NCBI GenBank assembly: GCA_002269645.1
Contig: NIVC01004009.1
Coordinates: 836-64,835 of the forward strand
Direction of reading: 5' to 3'
Source: Macrostomum lignano
Lineage: Eukaryota
Length of the DNA: 64,000 nucleotides
In this document: piece after piece, positions 35,645 through 48,287 of the stretch
Layout of the letters: every line of letters begins with the position of its first letter
Position numbering within the stretch: the stretch's first letter is position 1
The notes under the pieces: generated by a model
What the model was told of the DNA's origin: nothing
Database searches by the model: none
The model's input: only the letters and a program-made list of their open reading frames with translations
Translations under genes and position numbers: made by a program

Positions 35645-38600
35645 AACGAAATCCTCATCCCCACAGCACTGGTACTAATCAGCCGACAAAACGATTCCGG
35701 TACAAATCGTCAATCCTAACCAGCACCCAGTGAGAATCTACGCAGGAACCTGCATCGGACATCTCAGCACACAAGCGTCAGTGATGCTTATTCAATCAAC
35801 ATCGACAACATTGCCAAGGACACAATTCCTAGAACAAATCGATCTGTCACAAAGTCCAATCACCGAAAAACAAAAGAACCAAGTTAAAGATATTGTATGG
35901 AAGTACAACGATGTTTTCTGCCACCACGACTACGACATTGGACGAGCCAAAGACATCAAACAGAAGATCACACTGCTGCCGCACCAGGAACCGATTCAGT
36001 GCAAACCGTGTCCGATTGCAAAACATCTACAACAACACTTCGACGAGATCATCGAGAAAATGCTCAAAGCCGGTATCATCAAGAAGACAGTTTCAGCCTA
36101 TTCCTCTCCATGCTTGCTTGTCGAGAAGAAGGACACAAACGAGAGAAGACTTGTCTGCGATTTTCGAGTCCTAAACAAGTATATCCCGACAGATCAACAA
36201 AGCCCACCCAAGATTTCGGAACTAATGGCGAGACTCAACACAGCGACACTCTTCACAGTCTTTGATCTACGACATGGATTTTGGCAAATCGAACTAGAAG
36301 AAGAGTCTAAGCAATACACAGCCTTTAAGACGTACAATGGAGAAGTCTTCGCTTACCAAAGAAGTCCTATGGGAATTTCAAACTCACCTGCTACAATGAG
36401 CTGACTAACAGCCTACATGCTTGCTGGATGTACCAATCTACTCCACTATGTAGACGATATTCTTGCCTTCGGAGAAGACTTCGAACAACTACTCCAAACG
36501 ATGGAACTCGCGTTATTCCTTCTCAGGCGACAAGGTCTCAAACTACAACCCACCAAGTGCAAGTTTTGCCGAAGCTCGGTACGATACTTGGGACACCACG
36601 TATCCGCAAAAGGAATCTCACCAGATCCAAGTAATGTGGAGAAAGTAAAGAAATTACCACGAACAACCTCTATAACAAAATTGCAGTCCTTTCTTGGACT
36701 AGCACAGTATTTCCGAAAGTTTCTGCCAAACTTTGCCAAAACTGCCAAACCGCTATACGAACTGCTCAAACAACCAAAGTGGAAGGAAGAAAACTGGAAG
36801 GACGAACAACAAGAAAGCTTCGAAAAGATCAAACAGCAACTGACGACCGACGCCTTACTGCAACATCCAAACTTCCAAAAACCCTTCATCATTGAAACCG
36901 ACGCCTCAGGAAGTGGACTAGGCGCAGTTCTACTGCAAGAAACGGAAAGAAAAGTCGAAAAGCCCATCGCCTACATCAGTCGAGCTCTACGACCAAACGA
37001 AACCAAATGGTCCGCCACAGAAAGAAAATTACTTGGAGTTCTGTTCGCACTACGACAGTTTCACTACTACATCTACGGTTCTCCATTACCGACAATTTTC
37101 AGAACCGACCATGCACCGCTGACGCACGTTGTCCAGACGAAAGGACAGACTAACAACCGCCTCATCCGAATGACACTCAAAATTCAGGATTACAACTTCC
37201 AACTAGCCTACAAACCGGGACCACTCAACAAAGCAGCAGACGCACTCTCCAGAGCTTACGAAGTCAACGCTATCCATCCGATTCCGAAAATGCAAGAACT
37301 GATTACAGCACAGCAAGACGACAACTTCTACAAAGCCGCACAAAACACCGACGACACCACGCAAGCCAAATTAACAGAACAAGAAAGAAAATTCCTTAAA
37401 AAACAGCGCGACAACCTAATCTTCAAAGAATCAATCCTTTATTGGATCTGTGACAATATTCCGCGAATCTATCTGCCATATTTGTTTCGACCCGCTATCT
37501 TGCAAGAATTGCACGACATGCCATTAGCCGGACACCTTTCCGCTAAGAAGACAATCGAACGAGTGACAAAATTCTACTTTTGGCCGACAATGGTTGGTTA
37601 TTCGTAAGTGAGACTTTAGGTCGGAATATCTTTATTATGAACAACTGCACTTTCAACTATTGCAATCTGTAATGGTCTTCGGCACTATGACAATTGCGCC
37701 ATATTGATACTGCACAATTAACTTTCCATAGCGCTAATCTTTTGTTGTTGGTGTTTGCTGTTTTGTTCTAAAAATAGGCGTCCATTATCCCGAGTTTGAA
37801 ATCATTATCCTGAAGTTTAAGTGAAAAAATAAATAAATGTGCTCATGGTTTAACCATAGACGATTGCATTATCCTAAAGGCTGATTTTAGACAATGACCA
37901 AAGACATCAGCAAATATTGCCACGAATGCCACTCATGCGCAGCCGCAAAAACGGGACGACGCCAAAAGCCACAACTACAAACAGTACCGAAAACAACGAC
38001 ATGGGACACAGTCTCCCTCGACATTTCGGGACCACTACCTGCCGCACGACAACACTCGATCAACTACACATACATCCTCACCGCTCTCGACGTCTTCTCG
38101 AAATTCGCTATAGCAATCCCACTGCCGAACATTACCGCCGAAACAGTAGCTATGGCGTTCTACAACGAGATTGTCTGCAAGTATGGAACGCCCAAGACTC
38201 TAACCACCGACAACGGAACGCAGTTCACCTCACAACTATTTCAACAGGCTGCAAAACTGCTTAACATACAACAAATATATACGTCTACCTACAACCCCAA
38301 AGCAAACTTAGTAGAAAGATTTCACCGCAATCTACACGAAATGCTGACCCACTATGTCTACAAGCAACCAGAAGATTGGATCATCTACTTGAAAGCGGTA
38401 ACAATGGCATACAACAGCGCGAGACATCGGTCAACGGATAACACGCCATTCTTCTTGATGTTTGCTCGAGATTTTCAACCGCCCAGCCTACTCGCAAAAC
38501 AATTACTACCATCTCAGTACGTGGAAACACCGCCGACACTCCAGACCTTTGCAACGCGACTACACCTGGCTTGGCAAATTGCCAAACACACTTTTGACAA

Positions 38601-38967
38601 CCAGACGGCAACATCGACAAAAACCAACAACGCATCTACGCTACAAGTCGGAGATATGGTCTATTTGCACTATCCAGCACAACAGACGCACAAACACGCA
38701 CAAAAGTACAAAGGACCATTTCGTGTATCAGCACTGACTTCGGCAACCACAGCCAAACTGGCCAATGTCCAAGATCCACATCAGCTGCAGTTCTACGTGC
38801 ACATTCATCGACTGAAACGCATCAACACAGACTCTACATTTCTGCCAAATTTAAACAATGAAAATCACACAAAAAGACCGTCTAAACACATTGCTACTTC
38901 TCACGCTGAAACACAAACTACGGACACTCCCATAACTAACCACCCCTATAGCCTTAGACCCCGCTAG
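35645..38967 (+). pseudogene. pol: Ty3/Gypsy pol (RT-RNaseH-integrase); protease absent, stop at 36402, insertion at 37593-37889
   Basis: YSSPCLLVEKK, RLVCDFRVLN, FDLRHGFWQI, YVDD, IETDAS..GLGAVL, HDMPLAGH...CHSC, LDISGP, DNGTQF, ERFH, KGPF. Confidence 0.95.
37593..37889. mobile_element. 297-bp AT-rich insertion in the integrase, with 7-bp TSD
   Basis: GACAATG at 37586-37592 and 37890-37896; removing the insert restores FWPTMTKDISKYC. Confidence 0.8.
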
Positions 38968-39072
38968 ATTACTAACACCCGTGTGGAACTCGGGAAAGAA
39001 TAAGTCCACAGCTTCACTGTGCTTGTCGTAAGAGGCGACTTAACAGAAATCTATAGCAACTGAAACACAATA

Positions 39073-41088
39073 ATGGCTAAAAAATTCGAATGCCCTGTCT
39101 GTCTAGACAACAACCTTCCGAAGAAACCGCCATGTATATGTGTAAATAATCACCGCACATGCGGCACTTGCCTCAGTGACGCTCATTATATCCAGCCCTG
39201 GCGAAATTGCCCCATGTGTCGAAGCGCTCTACGCCAATGCATGATTTGTACATCATGGCGCACCTACAAGTTCTGTACCAATGAACATTTTCTATGCATG
39301 CGTTGCATCAAGAAATTAGCTAGGCGATCAGTGCTTCTGTGCCCTGAATGTGATGCTTTTCCTCTGGTAAAAATGCGCGACCAACTTTTACGTATACAAC
39401 CGGTACAAACGGTTCAGTTATCTGCATCCATAGTGCATCAACTCGCTCCAATAGACGTTATTCGCCGACTAGACAAGTGGCCCCTTCCTAAAAACTCTCG
39501 CTCCGCATATGTGCACCTCGTTATGTACGAGGTGTATTCAAAAAGTTCTTTTCGGTGCCCTACAAAACTGAACACAAAACAACTGGAACTATGAAAACAC
39601 TGTTAGATTGCTTAACATGATTCTGTCACTCAACATATTCACCGCCAATGTCTTTGCACTTCTGCCAGCGATTTACCAGGCCTCTGATTTCGGAACTCAC
39701 ACCACTCGCGTCCGTTTGGCGAACAGCTTGATTGCATGCAGCTTCGATGTGCTCGACGCTGTCAAATCGAATGCCCCGAAGGTGCTTCTTCACAGATGGA
39801 AATAAGAAGAAGTCGCACGGCGACAAATCAGGCGAATAGGGTGGATGTTGGAGCACTTTCCAGCCCCATTTGCTCAGGAGTTCCACGACGTTGTGCTTGC
39901 GATGTGCTGGCGCATTGTCGTGCAGCAGGATCACGCCAGATTCCAGCAGACCAGGGCGCTTCTTTCGTATTGCTGGGCGCAGCTTCTCCTGCAGAATCCA
40001 CTTGTAGTAGTCCCCATTGACGGTGGTTCCTTGTGGGACTGCCCAGTTCAGCAGGATTCCTAGGGAATCAAAAAACATGACGTGCATGATCTTTATCGCG
40101 CCCTGCTTCCTGATGGCCTTCTGAGGTCTTGGAGAATGTGCTGGAAGCCATTCGGCAGACTGGGCCTTTGTCTCAGGATCCCAGCTGTAAACCCACGTCT
40201 CGTCTCCAGCAACAATTCTTGATAGAAAATCCTCCCCTTCTCGATGGAACCGACGCAGGTGGCTGCTTGAAGCCAGAGTTCGCTGCATCTTTTGCTCACC
40301 TGTCAGCAGGTGTGGCACCCACTTGCAGAACTTTTTCTGTAGGAGAAGACGCTCAGTCAGAATAGTGTGGACGCTTCCACTGACACACCAACGTCTTCTG
40401 CCAACTCTTCGCAAGTCCGTCGCCGATCATCATCCAAGAGCTCTTGCACTTTCTTCACAACAGTCTCTTTGGTTGCAGTCATCGGCCTTCCAGAGCGGCC
40501 ATTGTCCTCAACGCTCTCTCTTCCCTCAGCGAACAGCCGGTACCATTTTCGAACTGTCTGCTCAGTTGGTGCACAGTTGCCAAGCACTTGCTGAAGCTCC
40601 CTAAACATATCCGGTGGCTTTTTTCCTTGCAGAAACTGAAACTTCATCAAGCTTCGAACGTCTTGCTTTGAAAATGATTCAGCCATGGCCAAGAAATTGA
40701 GTGGCAGCTGATAGAAATGTTCGCTGCTCTAACATAGTTGCAAACTGAGACTTAAAACCCTAGGAACGTTTAGGCCATAGACATAACTTGGTAAAATCGC
40801 TAAAATTCTGCTTACAACGCTTTCTAAAAATAAATGCCAAAGGACCGAAAAGAACTTTTTGAATAAACCTCGTACACACATCATAATAGACACCGACTAA
40901 TACTCTTCCCGTTACAACGAAATCAACAACGTTTGTTACAGTATCTATCAATATGCGAACAGCCAAGTCTTCCATTCCACTGTGCTATAATACCCCTACT
41001 TATTAAGAAGCATGCCGATTTAACGATGTTATTAAAGTATAGCGAGCTAATAGCCTGGCAAGGCGATACGTACGACGAAGTCGATTAA
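39073..41088 (+). CDS. Double-RING-like protein A1 (222 aa once the mariner is removed; segments 39073-39527 and 40875-41088)
   Basis: CPVC...CVNNHRTCGTC...CPMC followed by CMIC...CTNEHFLCMRC...CPEC. The reconstructed frame is open to GDTYDEVD*, matching the uninterrupted copy at 44211-44441. Confidence 0.75.
39528..40872 (-). mobile_element. mariner transposon (DD34D), 1345 bp, with TA TSD and one frameshift
   Basis: TIRs CGAGGTGTATTCAAAAAGTTCTTTTCGGT / ACCGAAAAGAACTTTTTGAATAAACCTCG; TA at 39526 and 40873; HTH exon MAESFSKQ...GRP; GDETW, HDNA, HPPYSPDLSPCDF; frameshift near 40380. Confidence 0.97.
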
Positions 41089-41121
41089 TAAAGTATACCA
41101 GTACCTCCCCTTATTCCCCAG

Positions 41122-41724
41122 ATGGAATCATGTCCCGTGTGCTACGAGGAAGAAATCACACCATACGTCTACTGCCAGAACGGACACAAGCTGTGTTTCC
41201 TCTGCTGCACTACAGAACTGATGGACAAGTGCCCCCTGTGCCGAGCACCACCTACCAACTGCCAAGTGTGCAACGAAGTCCCACAAAGGCAACTCTGTGG
41301 AAACAAGCACTGGGTATGCCACGACTGCGTAATGTCAATACAGTGACGCAACATGACAAGGTGTGTCACCTGCGCTCAACCAATCTTAATCGACACCCCG
41401 GGCAACAATGACCACATAATCACGCTAACGACGAATACCTTAAACAACTTAAGGACAACTGATCTTGCCCAGATCATCAGAGAGTGGCCTATACCCTACA
41501 ACCGGCAGCCACAGCTAACCTTCTTGTTCCAACGGGCCCGACATTACGCCATGACGACAAACGCCCTTCCTGCGGAGGAAATCTACCTCAACCTACTTCA
41601 CGAGACCAACACTCAGGAGTACACAGCCGTTCAACACCTCATCTGGCCCATAGCATTACTAACGGCAAGTATCAACAATTACTTCATCACAACGCTCAAC
41701 GACCACTTTGCTTCTTGCTACTAA
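41122..41724 (+). pseudogene. Double-RING-like protein B1, with one nonsense codon at 41344
   Basis: CPVC...CQNGHKLCFLC...CPLC and CQVC...CGNKHWVCHDC...CVTC, then IREWPIP. TGA where B2 has CGA. Confidence 0.75.
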
Positions 41725-41851
41725 ACATTCACATAGCTCAATTGACTCTACCTTCCACCAATTATGGCCACATAGAAAACAGCATTGTTTCTACGCACCA
41801 ATCACAAACAATAACCATCGAAACACCCGAGTCCACTACAATTAGTCTACG

Positions 41852-41852
<1 letters not shown>

Positions 41853-41901
<49 letters not shown>
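41853..41901. repeat. (TA)n microsatellite
   Basis: Pure TA run; the paralogous position near 45237 has only a few TA units. Confidence 0.95.
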
Positions 41902-41905
<4 letters not shown>

Positions 41906-41975
41906 ACTACTCGCCTACATACATAGCACACGCCTTACGAAACTACCCTACCACGCTACCATATCTTGCCTTACA

Positions 41976-42584
41976 ATGCCTGAAGTAGAATGCCCCGTCT
42001 GCCTGGAGGAGGCCACCTACCAGCAGGTGATGTGCCAATACGGGCACAAAACCTGCTTCAGGTGCGTCGACTCCGGCATGATAGCCATTTGCCCACTATG
42101 TCGCGACCCCCTAATAGCGTGTAGCCTTTGCGGGGACAATCCCCAGGTGAAGCTGTGCCAGTCTCGTCACTGGTGCTGCTTCACCTGCCTGCAAAGGCTG
42201 GGTACACGTGGTATCACCTATTGCCCTAATTGCCTTGACACTCTCCTTCCCCCGACAGTAGAATTAAACCAAAATACCGAAATCTGGCCAGAGGTGGGCC
42301 TGCATAACCTGGAACAATTCACCGAACGAGAAATCGCCGACAATATCCGAGAGTGGCCGCTGCCGGTCGAGTTGCACGACGCACGCCAGCGACTGCTAGC
42401 TTTCGGCCGGCAACAAGCGGTTACGGAACCGCCTAGATCGGCGGAGGACATCTACAACCAACTAACTGATACGATGAACAGCTCCCACTACATCCCACTA
42501 CAACATCTGTTCTGGCCAGTCGCCAGCTTGGTGACACGAACGCAACGATACATCCGGCGCACCTTGACGGACATTTTTCAATAA
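41976..42584 (+). CDS. Double-RING-like protein C1, intact, 202 aa
   Basis: CPVC...CQYGHKTCFRC...CPLC and CSLC...CQSRHWCCFTC...CPNC, followed by a helical tail with IREWPLP and LQHLFWPVA. Confidence 0.8.
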   Translation: MPEVECPVCLEEATYQQVMCQYGHKTCFRCVDSGMIAICPLCRDPLIACSLCGDNPQVKLCQSRHWCCFTCLQRLGTRGITYCPNCLDTLLPPTVELNQNTEIWPEVGLHNLEQFTEREIADNIREWPLPVELHDARQRLLAFGRQQAVTEPPRSAEDIYNQLTDTMNSSHYIPLQHLFWPVASLVTRTQRYIRRTLTDIFQ

Positions 42585-43874
42585 ACATTGTGACACTGTC
42601 ATGTACTCTTGCTTATCTTAACTGATTTACTTACGTAACTGTTTTGCTTGTATGTGTTGCTCCCTCATGTGTATCTTGTATACTCATATTTTGACTCTCC
42701 CCAATAAGTGACAATGACTATGTCTTCACCAACTTACTTAGCATCTGGCATGCAATTGCTTCCTTGTTCACATACTCAGCTGAAAATTATTATAATAACC
42801 ATGTAAATAAAACAATATTCACCAGTTCAACCCTTCAGCTTATAAAACAAATTCGAGACGAATTTTTTGTAAAAAAGGAGATATTGTAGAGATCTCCAAA
42901 TACGATACAAAGTAAACTACTGTAAGTAGTAACATAAAAAAGCGAAAAACTTGAATGTTATAAAAATTGCAAAATTGTCATACTCTATTTTAAGACCGTG
43001 AATACAACGTACGACGAAGCATGAGACAAGTTGCTACTATGGTGAAATATGTTGCAACTATGGTGAAATATGATAAAATATGATGAAATCTGATGAAATA
43101 TGATGAAATATGAGTCGCGCTACTAAGTATATACCAAAAATTCGTCTATAAATATAAGCGTAAAATCCGAGCTGAAACCTCAGACTCGGAGCAGCCTCAA
43201 AAGATCTTGTGGTTAGTTAGAGCAACTAATCGACGCTATATCTCTGGGAGAGAAGCGTATCAATTGTGAAGTGTTGTTCAAGTCTTCGTTATTTTGATTA
43301 ATTAAGAGCGATTTTATTGCCGGCCGGCCGTTGCTGATCCGTTGAATTTACTGAGACTATTTTAGGCCTCCCATTTTCCTAAGCGATTGGATAGGATCTG
43401 CGGATCGATTCCGATACCCTTAGAGGATTACTGACTGTTGATTTGGATTATCCTAGATTAACAGATAGGAGCACACGACTCCCATTCCGTTAGATCTAAA
43501 AGAAGACGCCCCTTTTGGAGGACCTCGCGTTAGAATTCGAGTTTATTAGGGCGCTCTGTTGATACTGATTTGGCACTCGAGAAACGTACTGAATCCCGCA
43601 CTCAAGGAGATATTTCGACGTCGACTTCACTGTTCTGCTCTCACTCTCGGCCGACTTTGGACTTCGAAGACTTCAAGAAGATTCCTCCGGAGAAGAAGAT
43701 TGGAAGAAGCGAACTCTACAAACGCGCGCATTAAAGAAGAAACAAGGAACAAGCTCGGAGAACCTGCCCGACACAGAAGAAGAATCCGCCACAGTAAGTG
43801 CACACGTTAAATTTGTTCCCAGGCTTAAGTGTCTGGAAGTGGGAGTTTACGGGTGACTGATCACCTCCCGAATC

Positions 43875-44441
43875 AACTCTTCAACCATATCCAATTTTGG
43901 CAAGCCTGCCCCATATGTCGTGGCGCCCTATGACAATCTATGATTTGTACATCATGGTGCACCCAAAAGTTCTGTAAAAATGAACATTTTCTATGCATGC
44001 AGTGTACCAAGAAACTAGCCGCTCGAAAACTGCTTATGTGCTCTGAATGCGATGCCTTTTTCCTTAGTACAAATGCGCGATCAACTCCTACGCATACAAC
44101 TGGTACGAACGGTTCAATTGGCTGAAAACATTGCGTACTAACTCGCTCCAATAGACGTTATTTGTCGACTAGACGATTGTCTATTTCCTAGAAACTCTCG
44201 CTCGGCATATGTGCACCTCGTTATGTACGCACATCATAATAGACACCAACTAATACTCTTCCCGTTACAACGTATTCAGCAACGTCTTTTAAGATACTTA
44301 TCAACATGCGAATTACCATGCCTCCCATTTCATTGCGCTATATTATCGATACTTATTAAACGAAATGCTGATTTAACCATGTTAGTAACGTACAGTGAGT
44401 TAACAGCCTGGCAAGGCGATACGTACGACGAAGTAGATTAA
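43875..44441 (+). pseudogene. Double-RING-like A2, 5'-truncated, with a stop at 43931 and a frameshift
   Basis: Nucleotide-level copy of A1, lacking the mariner. Confidence 0.75.
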
Positions 44442-44474
44442 TAAAGTATACCAGTACCTTCCCTTATCATCCAG

Positions 44475-45077
44475 ATGGAATCATGTCACGTGTGCTACGA
44501 GGAAGAAATCACACCATTTGTCTACTGCCAGAACGGACACAGGCTGTGCTTCCTCTGCTGCACTACAGAAATGATCGACAAGTGTCCCTTGTGCCGAGCA
44601 CCACCAACGCACTGCCAAGTGTACAACACCGTCCCACAACTACAACTCTGTGAAAACAAGCACTGGGTATGCCACGATTGCGTAATGTCAACACAGCGAC
44701 ACAAAATCACAAAGTGTGTCACCTGCGCTCAACCGATCCTGGTCGACACTCCGGACAACAATGAACACAAAGTCACACTAACGACAGACAGCTTGAACAA
44801 CATGACGACAACTGACCTTGCCCAGATCATCCGAGAGTGGCCTATTCCCTACGACCGATAACCACAGCTAACCTTTTTGTTCCAACGGGCCCGACATTAC
44901 GCCATGATGACAAATGCCATTCCTGCGGAGGAGATCTACCTAAGCCTACTGCACGAGACCAACGCTCAGGAGTACGCAACGGTTCAACACCTAGTCCGGC
45001 CCATCGCACTACTAACGGCAAGCATCAATAATTACTTCATCACAACGCTCAATGACCACTTTGCCTCTTGTTATTAA
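44475..45077 (+). pseudogene. Double-RING-like B2, with one nonsense codon at 44859
   Basis: Copy of B1; TAA where B1 has CAG. Confidence 0.75.
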
Positions 45078-45278
45078 ACAATAACATAGCTCAATTGACT
45101 AACACTCAGATAGGGATAAATAGTAAACACCTACCTTCAACCAATTATGGCCACGCAAAAAAACATTGTTTCTACGCACCTATCACAAACAATAACCATC
45201 GACACTCCCGAGCCAACTGCAATTAGTCTACGATAACATATATAGGCCACGGCTCGCCAACATACACAGCGCAGGTCC

Positions 45279-45585
45279 TGTTGTGACTTTTCATGCAAAT
45301 AAAGTAGAGAGCGCTAAATAGAAGTTTGTAGTTAACGAGAGAGCGTTCTGGAGCTAGAGAGCCCGCGCGCGAGCCTAAATAACTTACTAGCCGATTTTAT
45401 TGATTCGCGTAGATAACAGAACCACAGAAGAGGGGGTGGAACGTACATTTATCGAGAAAGATAAGCGATGGACGAAGGGGGGTGGCGTACATGGGGGGCC
45501 GAGGCGCTGATCAATAAGGTGGATGGTTAGGCAGAGAGGGGAGCAAGTGCAGGCGCACTTATATTAAAATAACAATTTAGCGACA
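45279..45585. mobile_element. Solo LTR, 307 bp, TG...CA, with 5-bp TSD
   Basis: GGTCC|TGTTGTG...AGCGACA|GGTCC; absent from the paralogous B1-C1 spacer. Confidence 0.85.
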
Positions 45586-45608
45586 GGTCCTACTAAATCT
45601 TCATTTAC

Positions 45609-45902
45609 AATGGCAAACACAGAAGAAGAGTGCCCTGTGTGTTGGAGGCGGCCACCTTCCAGCAAGTAATGTGCCAATACGGGCACAAAACCTGCTTTAG
45701 GTGCGTCGACTCAGGAATGATAGCTACGTGCCCCCTATGCCGCGACCTGTTAATAGCTTGTAGCCTTTGCGGGGACAATCCCCAGGTGAGGCTGTGCCAG
45801 TCCCGTCACTGGTGCTGCTTCACCTGCCTGCAAAGGCTAGGTACACGCGGCATAACTTACTGCCCCAGCTGCCTCGGCACACTTCTTTCCCCGACGGTCT
45901 GA
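45609..45902 (+). pseudogene. Double-RING-like C2, frameshifted after CPVC and 3'-truncated
   Basis: Near-copy of the C1 RING region. Confidence 0.75.
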
Positions 45903-46865
45903 AAAGTACTATAAAAAGCTCATGTTAACCAAGCAAGAAGCTCGCCCCTCCCTGGCCTTGCCTCTCTTTCGCCTCTCTTCTCCCTTCTCGCTATTCTAAC
46001 TACTTTTGGTTAAAACAGCTAGGGTCTCAACCCAAACACTAAAACTGATAAATTGACTCACTAAAACTAAAACAACAACCAACCCACGTTCCACAATAGA
46101 CGGAACCTTCGGTTCACCCGAACACTTAGAAACCCATTGGAACTCGAACAAAACGAGCTTCTTATTTGGAATTCCATCTTAGACATTATATTTTGTAAGA
46201 TAACATCTCGAGATTGTGACCATCAAATACAACGGTCTATAAGTTACCATCAAGTGTTTGCATCATCAGGAAAAGTCAGTTGAATCCGCCGCCTCAGTTA
46301 TTTGGCTCTCACATTGATATTTGAAGTAGAACAAGAGCCATAGAAGTGAGAGACCAGAAGAAGAACAATAACATATATTTTAAAATATTTCACTCCTCTA
46401 TGCGACGTAATGTACAGAATATGTGCCACTGCAGCATCTAATATGGCCGATGGCATGTCTAACACAAAAGACACGGAACTAACATGGGATACATTCTGAT
46501 ACACATAACTATTCTGAGACTAACAGATACGAGCTACAGTAAGATAGTGCAACGTTGTTCTACTATATCGGAATTCTTACACCCATGCCTGACTCAAATA
46601 TACTCGTACCAATAGATATAACATGGTATCACAGGAAAATACTTTTAATCTATGTCCAGGCCACCGTAATTCAGAGTGAAACTTGAAACCAATGCATGCC
46701 GGCCTAGAAAATATGCGCTACTTTTCACCAATTAAAATTTAATGGTTGCAACAACGAACCAATGATAGCCGCCATGCGTACCTACATATATATACTCATT
46801 AACAACCATCCATGCCTTGCCAAACACCCTTTGTAAAAATTTAACACAAGACTATACCCTCCGAG

Positions 46866-47489
46866 ATGGAAGATATGTGCCCCGTTTGCCTGGAAGAGAA
46901 ATCCCAGCAACGACCCCTCTGCCAGAACGGTCATGGAATATGTTTCACCTGTTTCGATATGGGCTTCAGTCACAACGGTTCATTATGCCGTGATCCGATC
47001 ATTAGCTGCAGACTTTGTGGGGAAGATCCCAACGTGAAACCATGTAGCTCCAAACACTGGAGCTGTTTCACATGCCTCCAGAGGCTAGCACGACGGGGCA
47101 TTAGCTATTGCCCCACCTGCTTCGGGCCGATAGAACCGGCCGCAGCTCATCTAGTACAACAAACGCCAAGACACAATGAACTCGGTCTCAACAACCTAGA
47201 AGCCTTACCAGCACATGAGATTGCTGCCAATGTGCAGGCTTGGCCAATACCAACTAGCCTGCACGGTGCGCGTCAACATCTTCTGGCCGTTGGACGATAC
47301 TACACCATGGCCGACAGTTTGCTGATCCCGGAGGAGGAGGTGTACTACCACCTCCTCGAGGCAACAGAAGACACGCAGCTAACCACAATTCAACACCTCA
47401 TGTGGCCCGTGGCGGTGTTGACAGCCAGAGTACAGAGAATATTCCACATATTTTTGACGAACATTTCGATTAGAAAAAAAACAAGCTAG
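46866..47489 (+). CDS. Double-RING-like protein D, intact, 207 aa (diverged C-type)
   Basis: CPVC...CQNGHGICFTC...(S)LC and CRLC...CSSKHWSCFTC...CPTC, followed by VQAWPIP and IQHLMWPVA. Confidence 0.8.
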   Translation: MEDMCPVCLEEKSQQRPLCQNGHGICFTCFDMGFSHNGSLCRDPIISCRLCGEDPNVKPCSSKHWSCFTCLQRLARRGISYCPTCFGPIEPAAAHLVQQTPRHNELGLNNLEALPAHEIAANVQAWPIPTSLHGARQHLLAVGRYYTMADSLLIPEEEVYYHLLEATEDTQLTTIQHLMWPVAVLTARVQRIFHIFLTNISIRKKTS

Positions 47490-48287
47490 GACTCTCACCT
47501 GCATACGAACATATTTAAACTTTTAACGCGACAATCGGTTATTACGGTTTAATATTATGTCAATATATTGAATATATCAAATAACGTTTTCCATATCATT
47601 AATGAGCCGCTTGCCTACTGTAAATCGCCTTTAAGTCCCAACGTAAATTCGGGAGAAATTTTTCGTAAAAAAGGGAGATATTGTTGAAGTCTCCAAGCCT
47701 CATAACCTACTAGAAGTAGTAAGATAAAACTATGAATACTATTTAAAAATTAACATGCGTCAAAGTAATAATTTTTAGTAATACATGCAATATCACGTAA
47801 ACAGAGAGTGACCATCAACATAGTCCAAAAAACCGGTTTTCAACCTATATGGTAAATGTCAATTTAAATGCGATCCAAGCTTCACCCTTTTCTATGTAAA
47901 ACCCCACCGGTCAAGAGACAAAGTCCATCTTTTGATTCTTATCAGTAGAATTTTCCATCCGTTCCACCTCCGAGAGTAATTCAGAAAACTATTGAATAGC
48001 ATGCTGCGACATAGTGCCCACAAAGACGTAGATAGTTAAGGAGCGAGCAAATCCAGTTTAATCAATCCTCGCCAGCGCCGATGAAACTCCCGCGGCAAAG
48101 TTTATAGTAGGCCTAGAGAAAAAAACCCCAATAAAATCGATCATCCTACGATCCCCACCCCCAGTAGGGGTAAGAGCCGTAAATAAAACAGCGGAGGCCC
48201 ACAACCCTCACCCGCGTACATTTGGCTAGCCACGTATGTACAATGCCAAAACAAGAATTAACTAACAGCCGAAATTATTCCCGCACA

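Noticed and set aside
38985-39045. GCTTGTCGTAAGAGGCGACT as a possible LINE/SINE tail or the Gypsy PPT/3' LTR
   Set aside because: Too short to assign; no PPT-TG LTR start is recognisable after the integrase.
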